From assembly GCA_047495785.1 (NCBI GenBank), contig JBLDXI010000004.1, forward strand, positions 1,674,001-1,738,000: DNA of 64,000 bases, written 5' to 3'. Position numbers and translations under genes: made by a program. This DNA is from Lepidodermella squamata. Lineage: Eukaryota > Animalia > Gastrotricha. The notes below the pieces were generated by a model. It did no database searches. It was not told where the DNA came from and worked only from the letters and a program-made list of their open reading frames with translations. Below are positions 16,601 through 29,100 of the stretch, in pieces (the stretch's first letter is position 1; every line of letters starts with the position of its first letter).

Positions 16601-19600
16601 TAGTAGCGTCAGGTAATACTTTTTTGATGCAAGAGGGCGAATTCGTCACCTCGTGGTCAGCACGCTGTGACGGCTTCGGAATGCAAACCGATGGGACGTA
16701 TTTCAGAATCGGAGGTGCAAACAGCCAGCCGGCGAGTTATGCGTGCGTGCAACTGTATAATAGCGCAGTGTTGCTTACGCCAAGATTCGCCCATTCATCG
16801 AGACGATGCCCGCTAACCAGCACAATGAAAGCCGTCCTGTTAACGCCCTTCGACTACAACAACGGCCTGTCTACAGTGGATGGTACAAATGATGTGCTAA
16901 CTGCGGCTGGATCGTCCCTGCGTGGGCCTGCGTTCCCCTGGTCGACGGGCAACACGGAGGTGTTTCGATTTTCACCCGCTGCCGCTAATTCACTGAGTAC
17001 GCCTTCATATTCTATTAACTACAAGGTCGGCTTCAACCGCTCTGCTCCTCTGCCGCCCTATACCGTGGCAATCCACGCAATGCCGTTTCCAAATTTCACT
17101 GCTGGCAGCCAGCCAATATTCCAACTGGCCATGGTTACATCTCCTCTTCTCCAGCTGTTCTACAACTCGACTGACATGTCGATATCCTACACTGTGAATT
17201 GCGGTGGAGTGCAGACTGCAAACGATACCGGCAACGCGGCTGTTAATCGCTGGCAGCATCTGCTTTTGAACGTCGATTTCACAGCAGGCGGTCATCGCAT
17301 CACTGGCTACCGTGATGGCATTGCTGGGACAACGCAAAGCTTCGGCGATTGCATTCCTGGTGACACGAATGGCCTCGTCATAGGAAGGGTATGGTCTGCT
17401 TTTTCAACATCATAAAATGTTCTCAAGCCAAAAGTGACAGGTGGCAAAATGGGCTCAAGTTGTAGGGTAACCTCAGTGTATGCTATTGTGCATGTTCAAC
17501 CTGTGAATGAGGGATTACGGCTAAAATACGGCCTTTATTTTAGGTTCTGCCTTCTACTATGTATGTTACGGTATCGATCTTTCCATAGTGAATAATTTAT
17601 TAGAGGTGAATTTGAAAAGAAAGGATGGTAACATTTGAGAGCCCTAGCTAGAACAATTAGTTTATCGAGGTTGCGAATTTTCGCGTAAGGGAATACTCTA
17701 TGGCTTTTACATGGAGAAATTCAATTCCCCATGATCTAAAACCCCGAGGCGAGTCCGACGAAGCCGGCGACCCTATTTAGAGAGTTTTAGAGAGCATAAA
17801 AACATATTAAAATTCGCCATCTTTTAGGATGTCTCGAGCAGTGCGTCCTTCACAGGGTTGATGACGTGGCTGGCAATATACCAAAGCCCTGTAGATTCAC
17901 TCCTAGCCATGGAGCTTGCTAATCAAATTCCTACCCCCAATACCTGTAAGTGCTGAAACTTTATAATACCTTGACGATAACAAAGTTATTGCGCTTTCAG
18001 TGGAGGGCCACGTTTGCGAGTCTGACCTGTCATTCACATCGGCCTGGACTTACAGTTCAAACTACTCCTCTGCTTCCCCGCCCTACGGCGTTTGCCCTGG
18101 ATCGGGTGATGTTCGTGGCTCTATAGCTTGCAGTTGGACCCCAGCGACCTTGTCGAACACGGACTTCTTGACTCTGAACTTCGGCGAGCAGAAAATCGTT
18201 ACATCGATTGCAACATCTGGCGATTCGGTGAATAACTGCTTTGTCCGAACCTACCGACTGTCGTACAGCACTAATGGCGTTACCTTCAAAACATTCCACG
18301 ATCGAGCCATCGGCCTATCATCAACTAAAGTAACCCGACATATAATAAATTCTCGAAAAATGAAATAAATGTCGACAGATTTTCGTTGCAAACAACGATT
18401 CAACGTCGACTCAGTGGAGCTTCATCAGGCCTCACGTCATAGCCCGGCATCTCAGATTCCATCCTGAATCATGGAGTACTCACATTTGTTTGAAATGGCG
18501 AGTTCGAGGATGCGCGCGTAAGATTATAAAATTACTTATAATTCTGCAATGATAATTTTTCGAAACTCATTAGATCAATTTTGTAACATTGAGCTTTACG
18601 ATAGCGAATCCGTTGAAACTGCTTCGAGTGCAACAAATCCTAGTGATTTGAGCAGGAATGACATCGGCAACTCAGACTGGATCCCGCTAGCCACAGATCG
18701 GCAGCCTTATTTTCAGATTTCATTCACCGAACTGAAAATCGTCAACATTGTCGCGGTTCAATCTAGCGCTACCCTGGCTGCCTGGATTGAAAAGTATCAC
18801 CTGACATATCGGCTAAAGGGCGACAGTAGTAAATGGGTAGCTTACACCGGCAACAGTGGGTCGAGAATTAGAATTTTCGATGGACCATCCAATGGCCCGA
18901 ATTCTGAACCTTTCGTCAACTACCTTAAAACACCTCTAGTTGCATTCGCCATCCGATTGTACGTTGACGATTACACTCTACAGCCGATAGGACGCTTCAG
19001 CTTCAAGGGCTGTTCCTACGCCGACGTTGGATACGCCATTACAGAGCTGAGAGTTGCTGTTTCCAACAGCGTCCCGACTTCCTTCTCTAGTGCAGTATTG
19101 AAGAGCTGCAACAATGCCGGCGACAGTGCGTCCATTGACCCTAATGTTCCTTTTGACACTAGAATGTCCGTGCCCTGTTTTCCACCCGCAACTGGCCGTT
19201 ATGTCAACGTGATATCTATCTCTCGCGACGCCATCATTTTGATATGTAAAGTTGAAGCTAGCACTGAAACTGGGACGAATTACGCTCTGTTCAAGAAAGT
19301 CACGTCGTCAAGTTTTTCGGCTTCACTAAGCGCTATCATGACTGATGGCTCATTTTTTCCATCAAGCAGCGGCGGGACCGCTGACTTCTGGTTTCTTATT
19401 GACATTGGCCAGTCGATTTACGTGTCGAAGATAGTTCCGACGGTTTCTTATATTTCCGTTAGTTTATTCAATGCGGTGAGTTACGAAGTCGTTTCCCGGG
19501 TCGGTGATGAATCATCGGCCAGTGCAGCGGTCAATCCTATTTGTGATATCTATCGAGCATATCGCTTCCCGAATTTGGTGATCGGCCAAGCGCTTACGAT

Positions 19601-19691
19601 GTACTGCACGCCTCCATTGCAGGGTCGGTACATTCGCGTCGAAAAATCAGGCACCATGTCTATAACATTCTCTGAAATTCTAGTCTACTAA
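13667..19691 (+). CDS. Large secreted PAN/apple + F5/8C (discoidin) + LamG/pentraxin + F-type-lectin-fold protein, copy 1
   Basis: Signal peptide MILLLITAALCHSAA; eight exons at about 13667-15507, 15565-15917, 15972-16092, 16302-17388, 17828-17945, 18001-18328, 18379-18517, 18574-19691, with GT-AG ends. F5/8C motifs (CFEPLGME, IDLRKQTVVTAVQIQG, ELLGC), LamG motifs (YWPLD, WVHTAVTFD) and terminal FTL-like GRYIRV...SEILVY. Confidence 0.88.
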
Positions 19692-19746
19692 GAAAACTGA
19701 CTTCATACTTATACTTCTGATTAATTCCTTGTAATGGTCACTATGG

Positions 19747-19898
19747 ATCGATTGCTGTAATCAAGGACTATCGATTGAAACTCATAGAAAAATGATTTTT
19801 GCTTTCGAAGTAATCGTGTTTTTTTGGCTAAAACGTGACGCTGAATCTGCCGCGTGGTCTTCGATCAGACTCGATAGCCCTTGATTACAGCGATCGAT
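19747..19898. mobile_element. Small MITE-like inverted repeat
   Basis: ATCGATTGCTGTAATCAAGGACTATCGA matches TCGATAGCCCTTGATTACAGCGATCGAT in inverted orientation. Confidence 0.55.
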
Positions 19899-20018
19899 TG
19901 ATGTATAAGGATCCATAATGTCCCTCTACCGCACCATTGGATCGGAAAATATTGGTTACTCAATGTAGGCTTAAGCCTATGCTGTATAACCTTAGATCCT
20001 CTAAAGGCGTACCACATA

Positions 20019-20223
20019 CCGTAGTTACCGATATATAAGCCTACCCTCGTTTAGAAGCCTAGGTAAATTGAAAGTCGTTGAAGCATCGTCGAGTTATGAG
20101 ATTGAAAGACGGAAAAAAGTCAGGTCTGTTTCATAAGCCTCGAGTATCAAAGAGAAGCCTATTTTTCTGTTTTTCGAGGTATCATTTTTGCATGAGCCCG
20201 GGTTAGTATTTCAGTAACTACGG
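20019..20223. mobile_element. Tc2/pogo-like MITE
   Basis: TA-CCGTAGTTAC...GTAACTACGG-TA termini with internal AAGCCT subrepeats. Confidence 0.7.
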
Positions 20224-20461
20224 TATTCAACTCTACTTTCAAGCGATTTTTCATTTTCTTGTCTTTCTCGAGTCTGATTTGATCTTATACCCGCAAAAAT
20301 CGCAATCAAATGAATAAAGTATGAATTAATAAACATTATGCGACTGTCAATAAGGCAATATTGCGACAAAAATGGTTCATAATATGTGTAATTCTGAAAC
20401 GAACTGCACGTGCTTCTTTTTTTACAATCTTTTGCGACCATTTTCCTTTTTTATTTGAGAT

Positions 20462-20499
20462 TGTGACGTTTCGACGTCATCTGACGTCATCTTCAGACA
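20462..20499 (-). ncRNA. Minimal type I hammerhead ribozyme motif (Penelope-type)
   Basis: Minus strand UGU-CUGAAGA-U-GACGUC-AGAU-GACGUC-GAAAC-GUC-ACA: both core boxes, 6-bp stem II, palindromic ACGU stem III, GUC cleavage triplet, 3-bp stem I. Confidence 0.75.
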
Positions 20500-20715
20500 T
20501 TAAAGAAATCTATAAGACATCAAGATAGAAAGCGGTTTAAAACTAGACAATAATCGCAATCGAACCGATGTTAGTTCGTATACGCTGCGAAAAACTGTCC
20601 GTATCGAAAACCTCGAATCAAAGCCAATCAAATCTTTCCAGATGTTTTACTAGAACTCAATATTCACTTTCGATTTTTCAGATTTTTCAAATCAATAATG
20701 AATCGAAGATAACTA

Positions 20716-21583
20716 CACAGGAAAAAAAAGGCATGAATTCAGTTTTCAAAGGCATGAATCTCAGATCTCAGCACGCGACATGAATTCGGGGGAACAAATC
20801 GAGCCCTAACTTGGGGGCATGAAATACAAGGACTTTCGCGACCCGAATTCACGCTTTTTTATGAAAGCTTGTAAATCATGTGCTTGATTTTTATGCTTTT
20901 CAATGCGCTCTATATTTCAATTGAAATAACACACTGCATTGATATTTATTCTTCAGTTACTGAACTTTTCGGGCTCCAATAAGCATCGAGACGAGGTATC
21001 CACCCAATTTTGATCAAGTTTACTTTCTCTTAGCTTTAGATTAAACAGACAACACTCCACGACGATCAATATGATATCAATTATTTCAATTCGAGTGATC
21101 ATAAATAACCCAGATTGCATCTTAGTTACAGTTTAGATTGGAATTGAGCATTTCGGTGCTAAAAAAGCTGCGGCGCATCGGCCCAAATGCCAGTTTTTCG
21201 GCGCTGAAAATTTTTCATTAAAAAAACGCACAAGTCCAACAGAAAAAGGTGATGATTAGGCGATGTTAGCATTAGTTTTCATCTAAGCATTGGTAGTAAA
21301 GTGGTAAGAATCATCACCTGTAACTCTATAGACTAGGGACTAGGGTTCGAATCCCCGCCAATGCGTCATTTTTCTGCTCTCTATTTTTTCCCTCATTTAA
21401 ATATTCACACATCTATAAAACTAAAAACCCATGAATTCAGGGCCTGTAAAAAACGTTCATGCGGTTTATGCCTTTTCAAAAAAGCCTGAAAAAGGATACG
21501 CATAGGGCCTGAATTACAAGGATCGCCTGTGAGCTCGCTAATGTTAGCGAAAAGCCTGAATTCATGCCTTATTTTTTCCTGTG
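20716..21583. mobile_element. Non-autonomous CACTA/EnSpm-like element
   Basis: TIR CACAGGAAAAAAAAGGCATGAATTCAG / CTGAATTCATGCCTTATTTTTTCCTGTG, flanked by TA on both sides; repeated subterminal GCATGAAT/GCCTGAAT motifs. Confidence 0.75.
21287..21365 (+). pseudogene. tRNA-Gly-derived pseudogene carried inside the CACTA-like element
   Basis: Gly(GCC)-type acceptor stem GCATTGG/CCAATGC, A box, B box GGTTCGAATCC and TTTTT terminator. The anticodon stem is unpaired, the loop reads GTA, and there is a 7-bp duplication GACTAGG. Confidence 0.7.
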
Positions 21584-21651
21584 TATGTTTGAATTGCTGA
21601 AATCATTCACTTAAAGCGATAATAAATTTGTTTAGAGTATTTATAACACTA

Positions 21652-22545
21652 TCATTCACTAGGAATAATCATATCTGGTGGCAGATTATCAGTTATATAT
21701 TTTTCGAAATCAGCCAAAAGATGGGGATCTTTGAAGTGATTGCGCCAGTCGCCGACTTCGCCTTTTCGGATGAATTCAGCATCTTTAGCGAAAACCCCGG
21801 CCTCCTTCGCGCCAGCCCAGTTGTAAACTTCGTTGTTTCGCATTTTTGAAAAGCTGGTAAGCTCGCGAATTCTTTCAACGGTCGCATCATCCATCTCCTT
21901 GCCAAGGTAGGTAGCAACCTGCCGAATCGCACTAGCTGGGTCCTTTTTCACATCTTCATATCGAAGGATCAAAATGTCCCTGCCTTCTTGTTTCAGCTGG
22001 TGAAACGCCTTTACGTGGGTATGGTAAGGCCCGAACAGAAAATCACCACTGATGTATTTCCTCGCATACTGCTCGAACGTGAGGTTGAACGGAAAGTTCT
22101 TCATAGCAAGCATATGGTGGTAGAACGAAACAGCCGCGTCTTTCGCATTTCGGTATATGTAAATCAATTTCGCGTTAAAGATGCTTTTCGGCAACAGGCT
22201 AGGCGGTAAGTGGGACGTTGGGATTTTCGGCCCCGGTTTCGCTGCATAGCTTTCAAGGGCGGATGGCTTGAAATCTCTCGGCAGTTCGAACAGCACGCGT
22301 TCATCGTGCGGTGGAGGGCTGTCAAAATTGCCGGTCTTTATCAAATACGTGATGTAGTGAAGCCAGTGGGTGCCGCATTTCGGGAAGCTCAGAACAACCA
22401 CGTCGTCGCTGGTCAGCGGGAAGTTGTAGATTTGCGGCCAGTACGTCGGCATGAACGCGGGCTCCCAGAAGCCGTTGAACAGGGCTCGGGGCATGCCTTC
22501 CCCATCGCAGCCCAGGTGCTTCCAAGTATCCGCGAATTCTGCCAT
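21652..22545 (-). CDS. Cytosolic sulfotransferase, copy 2, intronless
   Basis: SFPKCGTHW, SHL, YIYRNAKDAAVSFYH, RKGEVGDWRNHF; close paralog of 11913-12866. Confidence 0.93.
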   Translation of the reverse strand: MAEFADTWKHLGCDGEGMPRALFNGFWEPAFMPTYWPQIYNFPLTSDDVVVLSFPKCGTHWLHYITYLIKTGNFDSPPPHDERVLFELPRDFKPSALESYAAKPGPKIPTSHLPPSLLPKSIFNAKLIYIYRNAKDAAVSFYHHMLAMKNFPFNLTFEQYARKYISGDFLFGPYHTHVKAFHQLKQEGRDILILRYEDVKKDPASAIRQVATYLGKEMDDATVERIRELTSFSKMRNNEVYNWAGAKEAGVFAKDAEFIRKGEVGDWRNHFKDPHLLADFEKYITDNLPPDMIIPSE

Positions 22546-23182
22546 GGCGATGATCAGGGTCTAGGTACGAAGAAGCTGATGTGAAATCCCGGTGTGGTTT
22601 TTCAAGCTGTGAGAAAACCCACTCGGGTCTTATCGCCACACCCTTCGTCGTTATCTCGGAGATTGTAGAAAACCACGTGCAATACGTTTCAGAATTGCAT
22701 TTACGCGCTGTACCTTCTTGATTACATCGTAATGCTTATTACAGAACAGGAAAACATGCAAAAACCAATTTTCAAATTTCCTAAAATTTCCTGGCCGAAA
22801 ATGACTCTTTCCAAGCAAAAACATGCAACTGCTTCATTTCCCGAATGAGAAGTTCCTAAATTCCACATATTTTTGAAAAATTTCCTGCAGGCCAGGCTCG
22901 CGGTTTTTGCATTTTCCCAGCTCTGAGATATTACATCATGGACTGGTTAATCAGCTCTCACCAAAAAAACCGGGCGTTTTCTACGGCAGAATCGAATTGA
23001 AATTGAACAACGTACTCAAGACAAAATGTCACCTTATTGTTTTGATAAAAAAGATACGGGCTTCTAACTCGATTAAAAATTCATTACAATTAATGAGAAT
23101 ATCAGATCCATATAGACTCAGGAAAGACTAGAAAACGAAAAATCGCTCGAAATTAGAGATGTCAATAACCGTGAGTTTTCAT

Positions 23183-26100
23183 TTAGTAGACTAGAATTTC
23201 AGAGAAAGAGACAGACATGGCGCCTGATTTTTCGATGCGAATGTATCGGCCCAGCAATGGAGGCGTGCAGTACATCGTCAGTGCTTGACCGATCACCAAA
23301 TTCGGGAAGCGATAGCCCCGATAGATGTCGCAAATAGGATTGACCGCTGCACTGGCCGAGACATCACCGACTCGGGAGAGGACTTCGTAACTCATCGCAT
23401 TGATTAAATCAACGGTGAAATACGAAACCGTGGGAACTATCTTCGACACATAAATCGACTGGCCAATGTCGATTAGAAACCAAAAATCAGTAGCGTACCC
23501 CCCGCCGCTGCCTGATGGGTAAAATGAGCCATCAGTCATGTTAGCGTTGAGTGAAGCCGGAAACGTCGATGTGACTTTCTTGAAAAGAGCATAATTCGTC
23601 CCAGTTTCTGTGCTAGCTTCAACTTTACAGATCAAAATGATGGCGTCGCGAGTAGCCGATATTACGTTGACATAACGGCCAGATGCGGGTGGGAAACAAG
23701 GCACGGAAAATTTAGCGTCATAAGGAACGTCAGGGTCGCCAACATTGCAGTTCTTCAATACTGCATCAGCGTACGTAGTTGGGATGCTGTCGGACACAGC
23801 GACTCTCAGGTCTGTAATGGCGTATTCAACGTCGGCGTAGGAACAGCCTTTGAAGCTAAACCGTCCAACCGGCTGTAGTGTGTAATCGTCAACGTACAAT
23901 CGGATGGCGAATGCAACTAGCGAGGGTTTAAGGTAGTTGATAAAAGGCTCGGAATTCGGGCCACTAGATGGTCCATCGAATACTCTAATTCTCGATCCAT
24001 TGTTCCCGGTGTAAGCTACCCATTTGCTACTGTCTCCCTTCAGCCGAGATGCTAGGTGGTACTTTTCAATCCAGGCAGCCAGGGTAGCGCTAGATTGAAC
24101 CGCGACAATGTTGATAATTTTCAGCTCTGTGAATGTAATCTGAAAATAAGGCTGCCGATCTGAGGCGAGTGGGATCCAGTCTGAGTTGCCGATGTCATTT
24201 CTGTTCAAATCACTAGGATTTGTTGCACTCGAAGCAGTTTCAACGGACTCGCTATCGTAAAGTTCAATGTTGCAAAATTGATCTAATGAGTTTTGAAACT
24301 CGTTATGGGAAATGAGAAATTAATTATCAAATCTTACGCGCACAGCCTCGAACTCGCCATTTCAAACAGATGTGGCCGCTCCACGATTCAGGATGGAATC
24401 TGAGATGACGGGCTATGATATGAGGCCTTAGGAAGCTCCACTGAGTCGACGTTGAATCGTTGTTTGCAACGAAAATCTATCGAAAATTATTTCATTTTTT
24501 TGATAATTTATTATATGTCGAGTTACTTTAGTGGACAATAGGCCGATGGCTCGATCGTGGAATGTTTTGAAGGAGACGCCATTAGTGCTATACGCCAGTC
24601 GGAAGGTTCGGACGAAGCAGTTGTTCACCGAATCGCCAGATGTCGCAATCGATGTAACGATTTTCTGCTCGTCGAAGTCAAGAGTCAAGAATTCCGTGTT
24701 CGACAAGGTCGCTGGGGTCCAACTGCATGCCAATGAGCCGCGAACATCACCCGCTCCTGGGCAAACGCCATAAGGCGGGGAAGCGGAGGAGTAGTTTGAA
24801 GTGTACGTCCAGGCCGACGTGAATGTCAGGTCGGACTCGCAAACGTGGCCCTCAACTGAAAGCGCAAGAATCTTCATGAATAAAGGTACGTTTTCTCGCT
24901 TACGTGTGTTCGCTGTAGGAATTTGAGTAGCGAGCTCCATGGCTAGGAGTGAATCTACTGTGGTTTGATAGATTGTCAGCAAAGTCATCAGCCCTGTGAA
25001 GTACGCGCTGCTCGAAACATCCTAAGCAAGGCGAATTTTAAAATGTTTGCAAGAATAGGCCTTTCAAAAATGTAAATTCCGTGCTTATTAAATTACTAGA
25101 GGCAGCGCACTATCATTTGTTATCCGGATCATAGCGGAAAATACGCTGTAAAACAGCCCGGAATATTTTCTGCTATCCCGGGCTGTTTGAGCCAGGATAG
25201 CATGATATCCGGGCTGATTTAAACTCAGGTCATGGCTCGAAATTTTGGCAGCATTCACCCCTATTTTCGATTTCTTTGAGCACAAAAACAAAAGTCACGA
25301 AAATACTGAGGCGCCGAAACCCCTGCGACCCCCTAACATTTATTATTTCGTAATTACGAGAAAATTAACAAGGTTGAAGGATTTGCCGCAAAGGCACGGT
25401 TGCAAGCGGACCAAGCCATTTTGGTCGTTGGATCAGATTCGATTCAGCGGAAAATTCACCGGAACTGAGAATTATTGCCGATTGCTTAGAAACTTGAGCC
25501 AGCCGCAACTTACACTCGTTCTTGCTCCGGAGCGGGCTGAGATCAACTCGAGAATCGGTGTGGCGCCAAGATCCAAGAGAATGCTACAGCGAACAGGTCG
25601 CAAGCCGAGATCGTTTCGCTGCCATCGCTGGGTGACTGGCTGGTTGACTGGGAATTCTTCTAGCGCATTAGCAGCTTGGCTTCTAAGCTTGAACGGCCCA
25701 ATGCTGCATTCGTGGTTCGAGATACATACGTTTTTCCCAAATTTGATGCGATCCTTGTTGATGCAGACCGGCGTGAAAAAAGCAGTTTCAAATCGCAGCG
25801 AAAAAACGAAGAATGATTAGCGTTTGAAAATCATTCGCTTTTGCAACTTCAATGCGAAATTTTAAGATGGATTTTTTATTTTCCGTATTTTTCGCTGAAT
25901 TCGACTGAGATGGTACCTCTATTGTAAGGATAATTGGGTATTTCGGGAGGATAGTCGGGATAGTGATCCGGATAACAACTATATCTGGGAGCTTTTACGC
26001 GGATAGGTCAAATATTCGCCTTCAGGCCGCTATTCCGACCTTCGGCTGCGCCTCAGGTCTCCATAGCTGGCCTTCAGGCGAATATTTTCCGCTATCCGCT

Positions 26101-29100
26101 ACAAAGCTCCCAGATATTGTATAATACCAAGTATATCTTGTGTTTTTTGGATCCCCCTGGAAGTCGCACACTTTGTTGTTGTGTACGATATAAAATGGTG
26201 CGTGACACTTGTTGCTGCGTTGCTTGTTGCTCTAGCAACGAAAAGTTATTCGAGGGTAATATTTAAACCAGAAACTTTTCATATCGGATATTTCGTCAAA
26301 TAGAGACAATTCTCAACTCACAAAGGAATGAATGCATTTTTTACGCCCAACGTTGAAGAAGAGCAACGAGCAACGATTCCTAACACCCATATGCGGGCAT
26401 TGAGGACGGCGACGGGCGATCAGCTCCCAAAATTTCCCAACTTGAATAAAAAATTATTTTTCAAAACTTCTGGGCGGCTAAAATTAGCTATTGAAAGATC
26501 ATCAGTTCTTTTCCAGTGTTGTCTATGGCCCTTTCACGTAATCCCTGCTTCTCAGGTTGAGCACACACAATAAAAACTGAGGCTTCCCTACAGCTTGAGC
26601 CTACTTCTACCACTCTGGCTTGACAATTTAGTACATTATATCTTTTTGCAGACGTACGTACCCTTCCTATGACGAGGCTATTCGTGTCACCAGGAATGCA
26701 GTCGCTGAAGTTTTGCGTTGTCCCGGCCACGCCGTCACGGTAGCCAGTGATGCGATGAGCGCCTGCTGTGAAATCGACGTTCAAAAGCAGGTGCTGCCAG
26801 CGATTAACAGCCGCGTTGCCGGCATCGTTTGCTGTCTGCACTCCACCGCAATTCACTGTGTAGGATATCGACATGTCTGCCGAGGTGTAGAGCAGCTGGA
26901 GAACGGGAGTTGTACCCATGGCCAGCTGCAATATTGGCTGGCTGCCAGCTGTGAGATTTGAAAACAGCATTGCGTGAATGGCTATGGTATAGGATGGCAG
27001 AGGGGCAGAGCGGTTGAAGCCGACCTTGTAACCACTGATATATGAAGCAGCACTAAGTGAATTAGCGGCAGCCGGCGAAAATCGAAACACCTCAGTGTTG
27101 CCCGTCGACCAAGGGAACGCAGCTCCACGAAGGGACGACCCAGTCGCAGTAAGAACATTACTTGCACCATCGACCGTCGACAGGCCGTTGTTGTAGTCGA
27201 AAGGCGTTGATAGGACGGCTTTCATTGTGCTAGTAATTGGGCATCGCCTCGAGGAATAGGCGAATCTTCGCGTGAACACTACTGCGCTATACAGTTGCAC
27301 ACACGCATAGCTCGCCGGCTGGCTGTTTGCACCTCCGATTCTGAAATACGTCGCATCAGTTTGCAGTCCAAAGCCGTCACAGCGTTTTGACCACGAAGTA
27401 ACGAATTCGCCCTCTTGAACGAGATAGGCAGTAGCTGTCCCTATTCTGTACTGAAATCCAACATAGTTCCACTGATTCAGTAGTAGTTTTATCGGGGAAG
27501 TTAGCGTGAAAGGCGTTGTTCCGCCTCTGCAATTAGCGACGAGTTGAAGGTAGCCGGTCGATGATGACCTTAATCCGACGTCAAAAGCTGTTGAATTCAA
27601 CGAATCCGTCCAGCCCATCAACAATCCGCCAAAACTAGCCGGTTTGAAATGAAACAGGAGGGTAACTGACTTGAGAACGACGGTGAAGCGGCTAGCATCA
27701 GAGTTTATCCAAAGATAATCCGTGGGAGAATTGAGCTTCATCGCGCTAAACACATAGAAAAAAGCAATATTGTTTCGGCGCAAGTTTAATTTGATTTACG
27801 TGTTGCTGTAGCTGAGCACATTGTCACACGTCGGGCTTCCAACCGCTGTAAAAACATTGCTTGGTGTGAAGAGATCAGCCAGGTTGCAGGCTAACGGATA
27901 TAGCACAGAAGGCATCGGGGCTGCAAATTGTGACTAACTACTTGTAATAAAGTGCCTCAGAGCAAGAACTCACGAGTCCAAGGAGCTTGAGCACTTTGAT
28001 CAATCTCAGCGTTGTCCAACGCCCGTTTGTAGATCTGGATGTGGGCTAGCCTCCCTGTCCATGCGCCTCCCACCACCAGGTATGCATTCACTTTTACGGC
28101 AGTCGATGTGAAGCAGTTGACCGCGAGAATGCCTCGCAGGATGCGATCGATGAAGGCGCGAGCGATACCCGAGCGGCAGTCGAATGTCACAGCGGTGTGA
28201 ACCCAGCGATTTTTATCGATGATTGCGTAACCATGGATTTTAGGGAAACTCGCAGAGTCGTTGCATGCCCGAGATTGATCCACCTGAAATGTTCCAGTAT
28301 CGTTTATCCAAATTCGCATACACATACTAGGGAAAAAGAGAAATTATTTGTCAATACACAAGCTCGAAGAAGCCTCTGGAGAAGCTTTATACAACTTGAA
28401 ATTTTTTATTCATGAAAATCGTATCAGTGATTCTATACAACCTAAAAAAGCGGTCGACACTGTGAATAAAACCCTTTTGATGCGAAGCACCGAAATTCAC
28501 AAAATTGCGAATGGGAAAAAGTTGCTGTTTTGCTAAAATGACTAGTGATTTCAGGTCACTCCAAAACCTTTCAAAATTGATAAAACAGTGGGATTAATTC
28601 TCATTTTGGTGTTAGGCCTAGCTGAGCCGTGAGGATAATCCCCCTAGGCTCCCGGAAAGTCGCACACTGACTGAACTCTGGTCGTCAGCCGTCCCCTGAA
28701 CCCTCACGGGTACGGCTTGTAACATTTCCAGCGTTGAATTTATTACCAAATTATCCCAATCAAATCCAGGCCGCTACTCTTAAGACCCAGCCTCTAACCG
28801 TAACCTTAACCCTAACCTTAACCAGTTGAATGAATGAATAAAATGGTTAGGTAGTTATTGAACTAGATGAAAGATGGTACCGCATTGAGTTTTCCCCCAC
28901 AAGCTTCCCATACTATGACTTACTTTCCTTGAGTAGAGCTGACCAAATTGAGAATGCCGCTCGTGTGCCACACCCATGCTGAAAATGTCCAGCCGTTCTT
29001 TTTGTCAACAGCCAAATTATCCATGGGCAGAAACATTTTGCCAGAGCCGGACCAAACGAGGGCTGACAAAGGTCGCCCAGTAACACCTGTGCTGAATGTC

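Noticed and set aside
21287-21365. Functional or intron-containing tRNA-Tyr(GTA)
   Set aside because: The body is Gly-type, the anticodon stem does not pair, and the extra bases are a 7-bp duplication rather than an intron.
25245-25820. 191-aa ORF nested in an intron
   Set aside because: Non-ATG start, no recognisable motifs, lies within a repeat element.
28795-28825. Telomeric repeat
   Set aside because: Only four or five degenerate TAACC(C/T) units inside an intronic insertion.
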